From Octopus sinensis (Eukaryota), in the NCBI RefSeq assembly GCF_006345805.1, contig NC_043002.1:116870001-116934000 (forward strand): 64,000 bases of DNA, read 5' to 3'. The notes under the pieces were generated by a model that was not told the DNA's origin, searched no databases, and was given only the letters and a program-made list of their open reading frames with translations. This document shows positions 1-11,630 of the stretch, piece after piece (within the stretch, counting starts at the first letter, position 1; each line of letters begins with the position of its first letter). The position numbers and the translations under genes were made by a program.

Positions 1-1468
1 TTGACGACTACAGCGGGAAACATTTGCCGTTTTATATTAACAGTAAATAAGCCGGTAGATCATTTTCTCCTAAGATCTAGTCGACTCCAAATTTGTCCAA
101 TAGAACTGTTATGTCATATCACTTTGAAATAAAGAAACTCACAACCAGAAACTCACAAGTGGTTTGTGTGTGGCAATTGTGTTATAAGATCTCTAATCAA
201 AATCAAGTAATATTCCAAAAAGCGGAAAACCGATAGAAGTGAAAATCCGTGATTTACTTGGGACGTCATCCTGTAAGAACAAAAAAGATTGCTAAAGCCT
301 AGAAGTTACTGTCGATGCATTCTATGACGACGTACAAATGAACAGTAACATTTAGACACGTAACGTGTTCAGTTCAGTGCTGCAAGCTGTTCGTTCCAAG
401 CTTTCTAGCTCCTTTAGATATACTTGCTACTCCCTATGAACACCTTGATATATGAACAAAATTTCAGAAAGCTGCTCATCCCACATGATGGAAATAAATG
501 AAATTTACATCAATTTTGATGTTGAACTTAACTTTAGACATGGTTTGCTCATTAAAATATCGCAGCTTTGAAGAAATGAAAAAAAAACGAACCTGGTCTT
601 GCTGTTTAATTGAAGCTGATCTTCAAATCATTTTAAAGCAATTCAGCATGAGTCATATAATAGAGTGCGAGAGGAGCGCTAAAGAAAGCAGCTGCTTTTG
701 CTCAATAGTAGTAGAAAAGGGATTTAGAGAATAAGAAGTGTGAAACAGCGACACTAGCAGCAGCAGCAGTCAATGTAGAAGCTAACGCAGCAAAAGCACT
801 CACAAGGAGATATAATTTAACATTAAATCGCAAAAGAATTATCAGCACAACTGGCATCGAATTCCATTTATGTTTATGCCTTTAGGAAATGGCACATGGC
901 ATTTTTGCAGTATAGTCTAATTTACGTAATCATTTCCTGTAATTGTGACATATCTTTCGCTAGAATAAACTACTAATTTTGTGACATACATGACAAATAT
1001 ATCAAAATTCTAATAATATTTCAGAATAATACGAGAATGATATCTATAAAAACGAGTAGAAAAAAAATTGAAAATTCACTTAACAATACAGAAACCTTAC
1101 ATTACTTTTCTTTCAGTTCTACTTAAAGCAGTTATAAGATTGCGATAAAGCATGTATTTTTAAGATTTTAGTATTCGGGAAGAATATCTTTTTACAACAA
1201 TGGAAAATAATTTTTTTGAGTTATACTGATTTTTCACTGAACAAAAGAGAAAATATTCCAGAGTTATGAATTGCTGTGAATTTCGATCCATAGCTAAAGT
1301 AATTCTAAATTATTGAAATAACTTACAAGTTGCAAATTTTTGAGGCATAAACGCACACACGCACACACACACACATATACACACATAGGGAATAGATAGA
1401 TAGATGGATAAATAGACAGACAAACAGACAGAAGACAAACAGACAAACTGACAAATACATACATAGAC

Positions 1469-1565
<97 letters not shown>

Positions 1566-1691
1566 TGCATACACATACACGCACATATTCAGACACAGGC
1601 AAACAGATGTAGGAGAGACAGACTATAATCTGAATTCGATTCGTTTGTAGTGTAAAATATATAATATACATTATGTAAGTAGTGTTAAATA

Positions 1692-1905
1692 TGAGCTGGC
1701 AGACTGGTTAGAGCGTTGGAAAAATAACTCGTAGTATTTGTTCCGGCTCTTTAAGAATTTTAGTTCATATCTCGCCGAAGTCAACTTTGCATTTCAACTT
1801 TTTGAGACCCATAAAATAAAATATTTGTCAAGCACGGAAGTCGATGATTACCGACATAGCTCTCATTCTCAAAATGTGTTATCCTTCCGCCTAAATTAGA
1901 AATTA
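1692..1905 (+). mobile_element. Degraded tRNA-derived SINE, family B (head ggcggcgagctggcaga)
   Basis: gagctggcaga...agttcatatctcgccgaagtcaactttgc... aligns by eye with the copies at 53788 and 61349. Pol III A/B-box-like head. Confidence 0.6.
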
Positions 1906-3164
1906 AGTACTTAATAAAGGATGTAGGTGATTTTATTGAACTTTGTGGCTCTTTACATTATCTCAACCGTTTGCTCTCAACAGAGATATTTCAGTGAGCA
2001 AGACGCCAGTTTTAAATAAACATGTTTCATTGACGAAATGTCAACGTCATTACATTTGTAGACGTCAGCATTGTATATTTAAACGATTTATTAACCAATC
2101 CGTTATATAGAGAAAAAGAATTACCATCATCCGTATGCTTCATAAAAATTGCATTTAAATTTTTCGTTGGATATATCATTCACAAAGCTTCCGAACACTT
2201 ACAATAACGTCGCAGCATATAAACAATCTCTACGTTCACATGCGAAGCTTGCGTCAGTGGAGCAGTAGTTAGGCAGCAGCGAAGGAAATGAAAATAGCCT
2301 GTTATTCTCGGATATTACAAATAAATGAAATAGCTGATTGCGCTGCCGAACAATTTCCTCTAAGATGAAATAAATGTTATGATTTCTGAGTAAAATAAAT
2401 GCAGTATATAAGGGTGATAGAGGGATAGTGAAATTATTTAGAGAAGCAATTTCAAAATCAAAATACGTTACGTGTTATTATTGAAGGAATTTTACTTTTA
2501 CCGCTTACGCAGTATGCAGTATGATCTGATATATGTACATATGTATATATGTACATATATATATATGTATTCCCATACATACATACGTACATACATACAT
2601 ACATGCATACATACATGCATGCATGCATATGTATATATTCACGCATGAACATATGTACATATATCAGATCATACTGCATATGTGTGTGTGATTGTATGTA
2701 TATATATATATATATATATATGTGTAAATACAATCACACACACATATGTATATATATATATACTTACACATGCATTATGCTTATAAGTGTTTGTATGTGT
2801 GTGTGCGTGTTCATGCGTGTTTGTATGCATGTATACACACACACACGCACCCGCGCGCGTACACACCCACACATTATATTTCTTAGAATTTCTTAGAATT
2901 CTTTTGCCTTTTACTAGTGTCACTTATTCGCGTGGGTATGTATATTCCAGCCCAGTACGTGTCTTATATCTTTTCTATTTGTCGAACCACTGAAATATAC
3001 AGTATATAAAGAGGGATATATAGTCAGTCATAAATATCGATACCATCTCTCACGTATCTGCAGGCACACACAACATCCCCATGCGAACACACGCACCCCA
3101 CCACTGCCAACACACACAAACAAACAAACAAGTACACCAACATCTATTTCAGTGATCTAGATAA

Positions 3165-4790
3165 GTGGTTCCCAAACCTATTCGGATTGACGCTCCCTTG
3201 GTACCCAGGCCATATTCCAAGCGCACCCCAACACTAGCGCCGCAAATATAGATCTCTTCAACTGTATTTCACAAGGAAATTTTAACCTAGTTAACACATT
3301 ATTTTGCTGTTTTAACAAAATAAAAGAGTAAATATATTGGGTTGTCCGGAAAGTTGGTGCCGATTTTTAAAGGAAAGAAAAATGTCAATAAATAGATGCT
3401 ATTACATTTTTAATCAACCAAATATGAACCATTTTGTTGCACAGTGCATCTCCATCTTTTCTTTAACTTGAAAAGACCCTCTTCCCAGAATTGAGGTGGT
3501 TTCATGGCAAAGAATTCATCAAGGTATCTTTTTATGTCATCCAAGGAATTGAAATTTTTACCATTAAGACTATTCTGCAGAGACGTGAATAAGTGAAAGT
3601 CTGAAAGAGCAATATCTGGTGAATATGGATGATGGGGTAACACATCCCAGCCGAGCTGCAGCAATTTTTGTCTGGTTCCCAAAGCGTCAAGTGCCGAAAA
3701 TGAACTTTCTTATCTTCCATTTTAAAGGGTTACAGAATTAACACAGGTTATAGGAACGTAAACCGTCTTCCACGAAAAGATAGCTTAAACTTTGCTCTAA
3801 ACGAAGGTGTAGTCAAATCCTATTTTATGGACTCAACCATGTTCTAAAATAAGTCGAAAGGTAAGCTACTATAAATCGGCACGAACTTTCCAGACAACCC
3901 AATACATCCTACCATTAACCACGTTGTTTTCAGATTTTCCATGCGATGGATGTACATTGTGTAGGGATATAAGCTTCTTGATATCCGGCTGAAAAGTACT
4001 AAGAAGTTGTCTCAGATTCGTACGTTCAATAATTTTCAGTTTGTTTCTTTCCTCAGAAATAATCTGGGCAATTGCACTGAAGCCCCGATCAGCAAAATAT
4101 ACTGGGAAAGTTATAAAGTATCAGTTAGAAATATCCTTTTACAATAAAAAAAATACTGATGTGATTTTCTGAACTTTGGCGTCAGCTCAACGTCATTTTG
4201 AAGTGAAACTTATTCTTCATCTCCAATTCTTGTTTCCTCATTACTGACATCTAGGAATCATCTAGATTGGTATTTTAATCTAAAATAAATATCCTGAAGT
4301 CTGTCAGACATATGACTGTGCAATGTATCCAGCAGATAACAATATACTTGAATGACATCTTTTGAAATGCGCTTTTCCTTCTCCAATTCAGAGAGGCTCG
4401 GAAACTGGAAGAACTAACGACGGCTTATGTTACATTTGAACAGCTGTAACTTGGGAAGAAACGTGGAGAGGGATGGCTTCCTCGCTGTTGCAGATTAACT
4501 TCAATGAAATTTGTGAACATATAATATATGAGATAACATATTTGATGTTTCTTGGTTCATCACAAAGAACAGAATAAGAGCCTTACAAGAATTCAACGAC
4601 TGTTTTAAAAATGGGAATAGAAACTGTCGGGCAGTTTCCCTTTAACGGCCACCGAATTTCTATGTGCAGCAACAAACGTTCTAAATCGTTATCATTTTAT
4701 AAATCCTAATTCATGTAAGACAGCTATTCTGAAAGTTCCATTGCAATAACGTGTACTTCTCACAATAGTCCATAAATCAAGAGAGAGTTA
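3165..4790 (-). mobile_element. Degraded hAT (Buster/Charlie-type) transposon 3' part, interrupted by the mariner
   Basis: End motif agtggttcccaaacct (~3165) resembles Charlie/Buster TIRs. Minus-strand remnants FPVYFADRGFSAIAQIISEERNKL..LRQLLSTFQPDIKKLISLHNVHPSH (~4110-3935) and FTNFIEVNLQ..LSTFLPKLQLFK..FFQFPSL (~4530-4390) match the Buster/ZBED8-SCAND3-type C-terminus. Stops and frameshifts are present. Confidence 0.75.
3337..3902 (-). mobile_element. Internally deleted mariner (Mos1/SETMAR-like) element with intact TIRs
   Basis: TIRs ttgggttgtccggaaagttggtgccgattt / aaatcggcacgaactttccagacaacccaa, with TA on both sides (3335-36, 3903-04). ORF 3410-3682 encodes WDVLPHHPYSPDIALSDFHLF, the mariner YSPDLAP.D motif of the transposase C-terminus. 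Confidence 0.92.
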
Positions 4791-5151
4791 TCTTTTACTT
4801 GTTTCGGTCATGCGACTGCGGTCATGTTGGGGCGTTGTTCTGAAGAAATTTTAGTTGAATGAATCGACCCCAATACTTGTCGTTTTACTTTTTCTCTAAG
4901 TCTGGTTCTTATTCTATCGGTTTCTTTGCCAAACCGCTAAGTTATGGGAACGTAAACATATCACCGCCAGCTCTTAAGCAGTGGTGGAATGTAAACACAC
5001 TCACACACGCAGACACGCACGCAGACAGGCACACACGCAGGCAGACACACACGCACACGCACATGCATATACACCACGGGCTTCTTTCAGTTTCCATCAA
5101 CCAAATCGACTCACAAATATTTGGACGGCCAGAGTCTATAATAGAAGACGC
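4790..5151 (-). mobile_element. SINE family A (internal (CA)n/(GT)n tract, tail gactgaaacaagtaaaaga)
   Basis: Reverse complement shares ttagcggtttggcaaa..ccgatagaataag..gtcgatt..ccgcagtc..gaaacaagtaaaaga with the copies at 9877 and 29121. Confidence 0.75.
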
Positions 5152-5929
5152 CCAATTTTCTAACATGAATTAAAATAACCAACTTAGCTCATCATATTCT
5201 TTTGGTCAGGGTTATAGAAATCTTTTAATTTCGTTTAGTGCTTATAAATGAAATACCGCGCTTGATCTCGTAAACGAAACAGTTTCACTTGAAGTAACTT
5301 AACGTGATATGCTGAGCTTATATATAAAACGAAAGAAAATATTTAATGAGGATAAGAAACAACTTATATATCTTACATCACTCCTCTACGAGGATCTTTT
5401 TAACGAGTTCATTTATCAAAGATATATTTAGTGTTGCTAAATTCAAGTGATGTAACTATGCTTAATCTTCAGTATCCATGAAGGAATTTAATGGCATTTT
5501 ATTTGATTTCAGTTGAAGTTATGAATAATAAAATATTTCTGCTTCAAGCATTTATTTTGTTTACAAATATTTCAGTATTTTGCTCTCAGAGTGACAGTAG
5601 CTTTAGATATTAGTGAAGTATCATGTTCGATTTTTAGTTTATTCACACAACGTTTCAGGTGCCTGCATTCATTTCTCTGAATTGAGAAGAAATGTTCTTT
5701 TTTATATTACAGCTTTTTGAATTTCCAATTTACTAGCAACAGAGAAATGAGAAAACTTTCATGGTTTTTAACTTAGCTTAAGAAAAGCAGACATAAAACA
5801 GAAGCCTATGGTGAGCTACAATGTACACTGGGAGTGCTTCGTGAACTGGCTACTACATTCTTTTAAAAATCTTAATCCGGATCTTTCAATAATATTATAG
5901 AAACCACATTTTATATGTTTATACATACA

Positions 5930-5941
5930 TTTATATATATA

Positions 5942-6031
<90 letters not shown>

Positions 6032-6099
6032 TCCGTAATAATGAAGGGTGAAATTAATTAATTTGGAATAATTATCAATTACACCAAGTAGTCTTCGGC

Positions 6100-6169
<70 letters not shown>

Positions 6170-6186
6170 GCATATATATATATATG

Positions 6187-6232
<46 letters not shown>

Positions 6233-6244
6233 GCATATATATAT

Positions 6245-6329
<85 letters not shown>

Positions 6330-6397
6330 TCCGTAATAATGAAGGGTGAAATTAATTAATTTGGAATAATTATCAATTACACCAAGTAGTCTTCGGC

Positions 6398-6452
<55 letters not shown>

Positions 6453-6482
6453 ATATATATATACATGCATATATATATATAT

Positions 6483-6532
<50 letters not shown>

Positions 6533-6534
6533 GC

Positions 6535-6595
<61 letters not shown>

Positions 6596-6600
6596 CATAT
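5930..6600. repeat. (TA)n tract with a duplicated 75-bp unique unit
   Basis: gttatccgtaataatgaagggtg...gtagtcttcggcatg occurs at 6028-6102 and 6326-6400. Confidence 0.9.
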
Positions 6601-6601
6601 T

Positions 6602-6755
6602 TTATTAAAAGCAGCAGAAATATCACAACAACTGTTACTCAGAGTTTCACGTTCCTGTTCGTCGGACAGTTTTGTTAGAAATTCTAACAAACCTGTCCAA
6701 CGAACAGGAATGTCAGTAACAGTTTTTGTGATATTTCTGCTGCTTTTGATAATAA
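6602..6755. repeat. Fold-back palindrome, probably a Penelope-derived non-autonomous repeat (continues to ~6830)
   Basis: Arms ttattaaaagcagcagaaatatcacaa..ctgttact..ttcctgttcgt.ggacag.tttgttagaa | a | ttctaacaaa.ctgtcc.acgaacaggaa..agtaacag..ttgtgatatttctgctgctttt, centred at 6681. Confidence 0.8.
6630..6671 (-). ncRNA. Minimal type I hammerhead-ribozyme-like motif with CCGACGA core variant, in the arm of a 155-bp hairpin
   Basis: Minus strand reads AACTGT-CCGACGA-AC aggaac GT-GAAAC TCTGA GTA-ACAGTT: 6-bp stem I, 2-bp stem II, palindromic stem III (ACTC t GAGT), GUA triplet. Confidence 0.6.
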
Positions 6756-7149
6756 ACCATATTATTCCACCTCTAGTATTTGAGTACTCTTTTTCCACCT
6801 TGTTTCACATTTATGTGCTTACTCCGGTATATGTATATATGTATATATATATATAATTAGTTACTTGACTGTTTTAATTGGTGTGAAATATTAATGGAAA
6901 AATTTTATATAAAATTAGATAAATCTTTAGGCCCCACCCGTCTTTAGTTAGCTTTGTTATTTACAGTTTAGTCAGAGATGAAATACAGTATCTATTACGC
7001 TTTGGGAGCCTCCCAGATGGGTGGCTGGAAGGGATGAAGATATTCTCAGACAAGCGACTAGTCTCGAATGCGTGAAACAAATTCAACTTGACGAGAAAAA
7101 TTGAGCGCAGGTGATTGTGTTATAGCTAGGCACATGTGACGGAGTTAAA

Positions 7150-7362
7150 CTCAGACGACATATCCTAAAGTAGCCGAAGCAAATACTCTGACTTTCCAAC
7201 ACCATAACAATTCTACCAAACCACCACCCTGGGCTGGTACTTTATCGAAGGATGGAACAGAAAGCCAATGTCTGTGGGTTTTGAATTCAGAAAGCAATGA
7301 GCGGTAATAAAAAGGGAAAGTATTTTGTTCCACGCTCTACAGATTCGGCCAATTCGCCGGCT
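7150..7362 (-). mobile_element. Degraded SINE family B fragments
   Basis: Reverse complement contains ggcgaattggccgaatc..gttcaaa-like..gataaagtaccag, similar to the other family B copies. Confidence 0.5.
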
Positions 7363-9747
7363 GCTTAATTTTTAAGTATATTCATTATAATTACTTAATT
7401 AGTGGCGAGAAAACGTGTTGCAAGTTTAGTAGTACTGTAGTTATTAATACTTTATGAAATATAGTTGAATCTGCTTTGACTATGTATCCTTTTCCTCGTT
7501 CTAATATGAATTATAAACATTGAAAAAAACTCTCATAAAGTTTTGGAATTGAGAAAACCGGTTCTAATCCCATAAATTTATGAGCTTAATCATGAACCTA
7601 ATTCATGAACCTAATCAATAACTTGAGAATGCTGTATGATTATGCAAACAGATAAATGCAAATCAATAGGACGGGGGCTTGCGGTAGTATGGAATATTGC
7701 TACTGATTTTAGTGTTCTTTTTTTTAAAGGAAATTAATAAGTAGCAAATATTGATTTCTTACCATGGCACCATGTTAATGTACGTTGAGAAGTGGCAGAG
7801 TCGATTGAACCATCGTCCCTGCATTACTGGTTTTATTTCAGCGTTTTTAAAGACATCAAAGTCGATCTCCGATGTAGGTGAAATGCATTTAAGTATACTA
7901 ATAATTGTTTTCCCCAACTTAAAAAATTCAAATTAAAGCAATGCATTCAAACTAAAAATCTCATATCCTAATTGATATTTCGATTAAACGGGTTACAAAC
8001 TTTATTTATTAACTTCTCTCTCATGTTTCTCTGTTGCAATGTTCCGGGGATATCCGGCTTTTGAAACAAAGGATTATAAGATAGAAGAAAATGACTTGAA
8101 GGAGAACTGATTGCTGTATCTGATACGTCTAGCTAACGTATCTTACCATGTTTCACTTATTAGCTTATTAGCACATATAAGCATGCGTATGGCTATAGCG
8201 TGTTATCTGAGGGAAATAAGGCTGCTATTTATACGAGGTAGTAGAATGTATGTAGAGGGAGATAGGTGTAGCTACAATGAACCATACTTCATTAAGTGGT
8301 CTGAGGGTGATTTGCATACTGTACTTTTTCTTACAAATCATGCAACCACATATCAGCCCCCATTGTAGATTCAAACACATATAATTAGCGTGGAAAATCG
8401 GTGTCACTGCACTATCAATGACTGTTGCCCATTTTTAACCAGACTAAATTTTATAAGATGAAATATATCTTAGATTTATCAGCAACTCTGCTAATTTTTG
8501 AATGCTCTGTAATTGTTGTTCGGTAGTTACTGACAATGGAATGCAATTTTGGGCGAAAGTTACGTTGCACTTTTTCTGAAAGGGAATTCATTATAAATTA
8601 CTTACTTCGAGCAAGCGAGTCAGAGAGAGAGGGGGGGAGAGAGGAGGGGAAATAGTGAGGGAGCGGGAGAGAAGGAAGGTAACCAAAAAAGATAGGAAGG
8701 GTTAAGAAGATCTGAAGAAAAGGGAAAGCAGCGAGTTTGACGTCACCCAACCATACAAACACCATCACTCATTTATCTTTGGTTCTCCATTTGTATATTT
8801 TATTCTCTATGAATCTCTCTTCGATTAATCAAGAGCAACACAGGAGAGAAATTACAAAGAATGTTAGTCATTATTACTTCATTTCACCTTTGTATTTTCC
8901 CAACTTCTTTTCTTTCATTGTAGTCAGTAGGGAACGGTTGAGGAAGATTTTACTGCTTTTTCTGAAACTAAAGCTAGACAATAGAATGTGGCTCGGGGTT
9001 TGAAAACAAACGTTATAGACAAGTTGCTTCTGGGAGGCCGAATAAAATAATATTTATGGCTGCTTTTGAAATTTCGGAATAAAAGTTGGCCACAAACAGA
9101 CAATTCACATTTATAGTAAGTACATTAATTCTAGAAACTAAATTAAAATTACCCTGATAAAAATTGATTATAAAAGGTGTCTATCGTGAAATAATCATTA
9201 AAACAATGACACTGAATTATATAATGTATTTCCTGTATCAACAGTGTTGTTTTGCAGATGACGAAATGTATGAAAAATTACAACAGTTAGAACAATTTCT
9301 CTTATGCAAATTCAAGAGCTTCATAAAAACACTTAATGTTTTTTGTGTGTTTGGGAAAAATAATTAAAGTAAAGATGAGAATGAATATTGATTTTCTCGT
9401 AAGCACATTAATGCTTACTTTAATAGCGAATACGTACTAAAAGCAGCAATTGAGTATTTTGCTACAAAAAAAAGAGAACTGTCTTTTAAAAGATAACATA
9501 TTTCAGATAGAATTTTCTAAAATTATTTTGTAAATACAATATTCTGTAACAAAATATTAATTCGTAATGCTCTGCAAGCGAAAACTGTGTCAAAAACATT
9601 CAATTCGAACGTAGACGTAATTACATTGATTATTTTAAAAAAGTCAATTGGTTATAGAACTACACATCTTTACGCGCATGCTTATGCGTGGGGGATGTAT
9701 GCGTTTCTCTATGTCTCTGTCTGTCTTTATCTTTCTCTGTTTCTGTC

Positions 9748-9836
<89 letters not shown>

Positions 9837-9876
9837 GGCTCTCTCATATATGTATGCATACATATATTTATAATAT

Positions 9877-10096
9877 AGGTGCAGGAATGGGTGTGTGGTA
9901 AGAATGTTGTTTTCTAACCACATTGTTCCGGATTTACGTCCCCATACCTTAGAGGTTCGGCAAAAGGATCGATAGAATAACTACCAGGTTTTAAAGAGTA
10001 TTGCCGTTGATTCCTTCGACTGAAATTCTTCAAAGCGATGCCATAGCATAGCCGCAGTCTAATGACTGAAACAAGATATAAAAGATAATATAAAAG

Positions 10097-10098
<2 letters not shown>
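9877..10098 (+). mobile_element. SINE family A copy with internal deletion
   Basis: Head ggtgcaggaatgggtgtgtggtaagaatg..taaccacattgttccgg is fused directly to tttacgtcccc..ttagaggttcggcaaaag..gatagaataa..gccgcagtctaatgactgaaacaaga. The middle part seen in the 4790 and 29121 copies is absent. Confidence 0.75.
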
Positions 10099-10167
<69 letters not shown>

Positions 10168-10464
10168 TTATTATTATTTCTAAATCTCTCAAGATTTAGA
10201 AATAATATTTCTATTTTATCATATCAGTGTGTCACTTTGAAATCGATATATTCGAACGGTGAATTCAGCAGCGCCACCTTTCCAAGCAGCTACTTTGTGT
10301 TGATAAAGGGCAATAACCCAGAATGCTGAAATCCCTGTTCGAAAATATAAGGAAACAGATAATGCGTCGTATGGCCAACTGGAAACGATATTTCTTGGGG
10401 CTAAAACAACAGTAACATCGTCCCTTCCAGGACAGCCAAATTATGTTGGAAATAGCTTTTATTT

Positions 10465-10519
<55 letters not shown>

Positions 10520-10522
10520 ACA

Positions 10523-10650
10523 TATGGTCGTGATGCATGTGTCTGGTGTACCCTTATCAGATGGGTAGTCATGATGGGTATATTGGGCTTCGTATATTTG
10601 TATCCCAGTGTCACTTTGAGGGCTGCGCTGCTCTCTCACTCAACCCACTA
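10523..10650 (+). repeat. 3' end of an interspersed repeat (SINE/LINE tail) running into the (CTA)n(AAT)n tract
   Basis: GC-richer segment ggtgtacccttatcagatgggtagtcatgatggg...gctgctctctcactcaa immediately followed by trinucleotide repeats. Recognised from memory only; the motif cagtgtcactttga also occurs at ~10225. Confidence 0.4.
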
Positions 10651-10805
<155 letters not shown>

Positions 10806-10814
10806 CAAAACAAA

Positions 10815-11570
10815 ACAAAATGAAACCATTGACCATGTGGTCTCCAAGTGCAGTCTTCTAGCGCCTACAGAGTATCTCAACAGGCACGATAGAACTGCAC
10901 AATATATTCACTGGGTAATCTGTAAAAACCTGGATTTGCTCCGTGAAAAAAACTGGTGGGAACACAAACCACCCCCAGTGCTTGAAAATGACCACATCTC
11001 ACTCCTCTGGAACTTCACCATTCAAACTGACAGAAAGATAGATGCAAATAGGCCAGACATCATATTGAAAGACTTCAAACAAAGAACATGCCTCCTCATT
11101 GATATGACTGTCCCAATCGATATAAACGTATCTGTCAAGACCTACCAAAAACTGAGCAAATATAAAGATCTTGAAATAGAAATCAGCAAAATATGGAACC
11201 TGAAGACTAAAACAATACCTGTTGTTATAGGTGCCCTGGGAATGATAGCAAAAGGGGCTGATAGCTACCTAACTCAGATACCAGGAAACCCAAAAATGGC
11301 AGAAATTCAAAAGATAGTGCTCATGGGAACTGCTCATATCCTACGCAAAATACTTTCTATGTAATCTCAAGGTTTAAAACAAACATAATTTTCAGTTAAA
11401 AAAAAAAAAAAACTTTTTTTAGACATTCATTAGTACAACACCCCCACCCCCCAAATATATGGCACACTAGGCACAACAACAACATGAACTTCCAGCCCTG
11501 CTGTCTCTTGAGGTCTCTCGGTGAGACTTGGAGCCAACTTGTACAAATATAAAGCAAAAGTCAAACATAG
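10815..11570 (+). mobile_element. 5'-truncated R4/Dong-clade non-LTR retrotransposon (zinc-knuckle end, restriction-like endonuclease, 3' UTR)
   Basis: Uninterrupted ORF to TAA 11364: NETIDHVVSKC..EYLNRHD..HWVICK..LLWNFTIQTDRKIDANRPDIIL..LLIDMTVP..KLSKYKDL..IPVVIGALG, the RHD / PD..D / K..KY RLE motifs. Flanked on both sides by (AAT)n, the known Dong target. Confidence 0.9.
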
Positions 11571-11630
11571 AATAATAATAATAATAATAATAATGATAAT
11601 AATAATAATAATAATAATAATGATAATAAC

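Noticed and set aside
1294-1671. ORFs rich in YI/IYLS/CV repeats here and at 2458-2993, 6029-6798, 21822-22185, 26017-26304, 41176-41618, 47394-52286 and 59892-60134
   Set aside because: They are translations of (TA)n, (AGAT)n and (CA)n microsatellites that lack stop codons in some frames.
8738-8745. TGACGTCA (CRE) motif
   Set aside because: A single 8-mer is expected by chance in 64 kb and there is no linked transcription start evidence.
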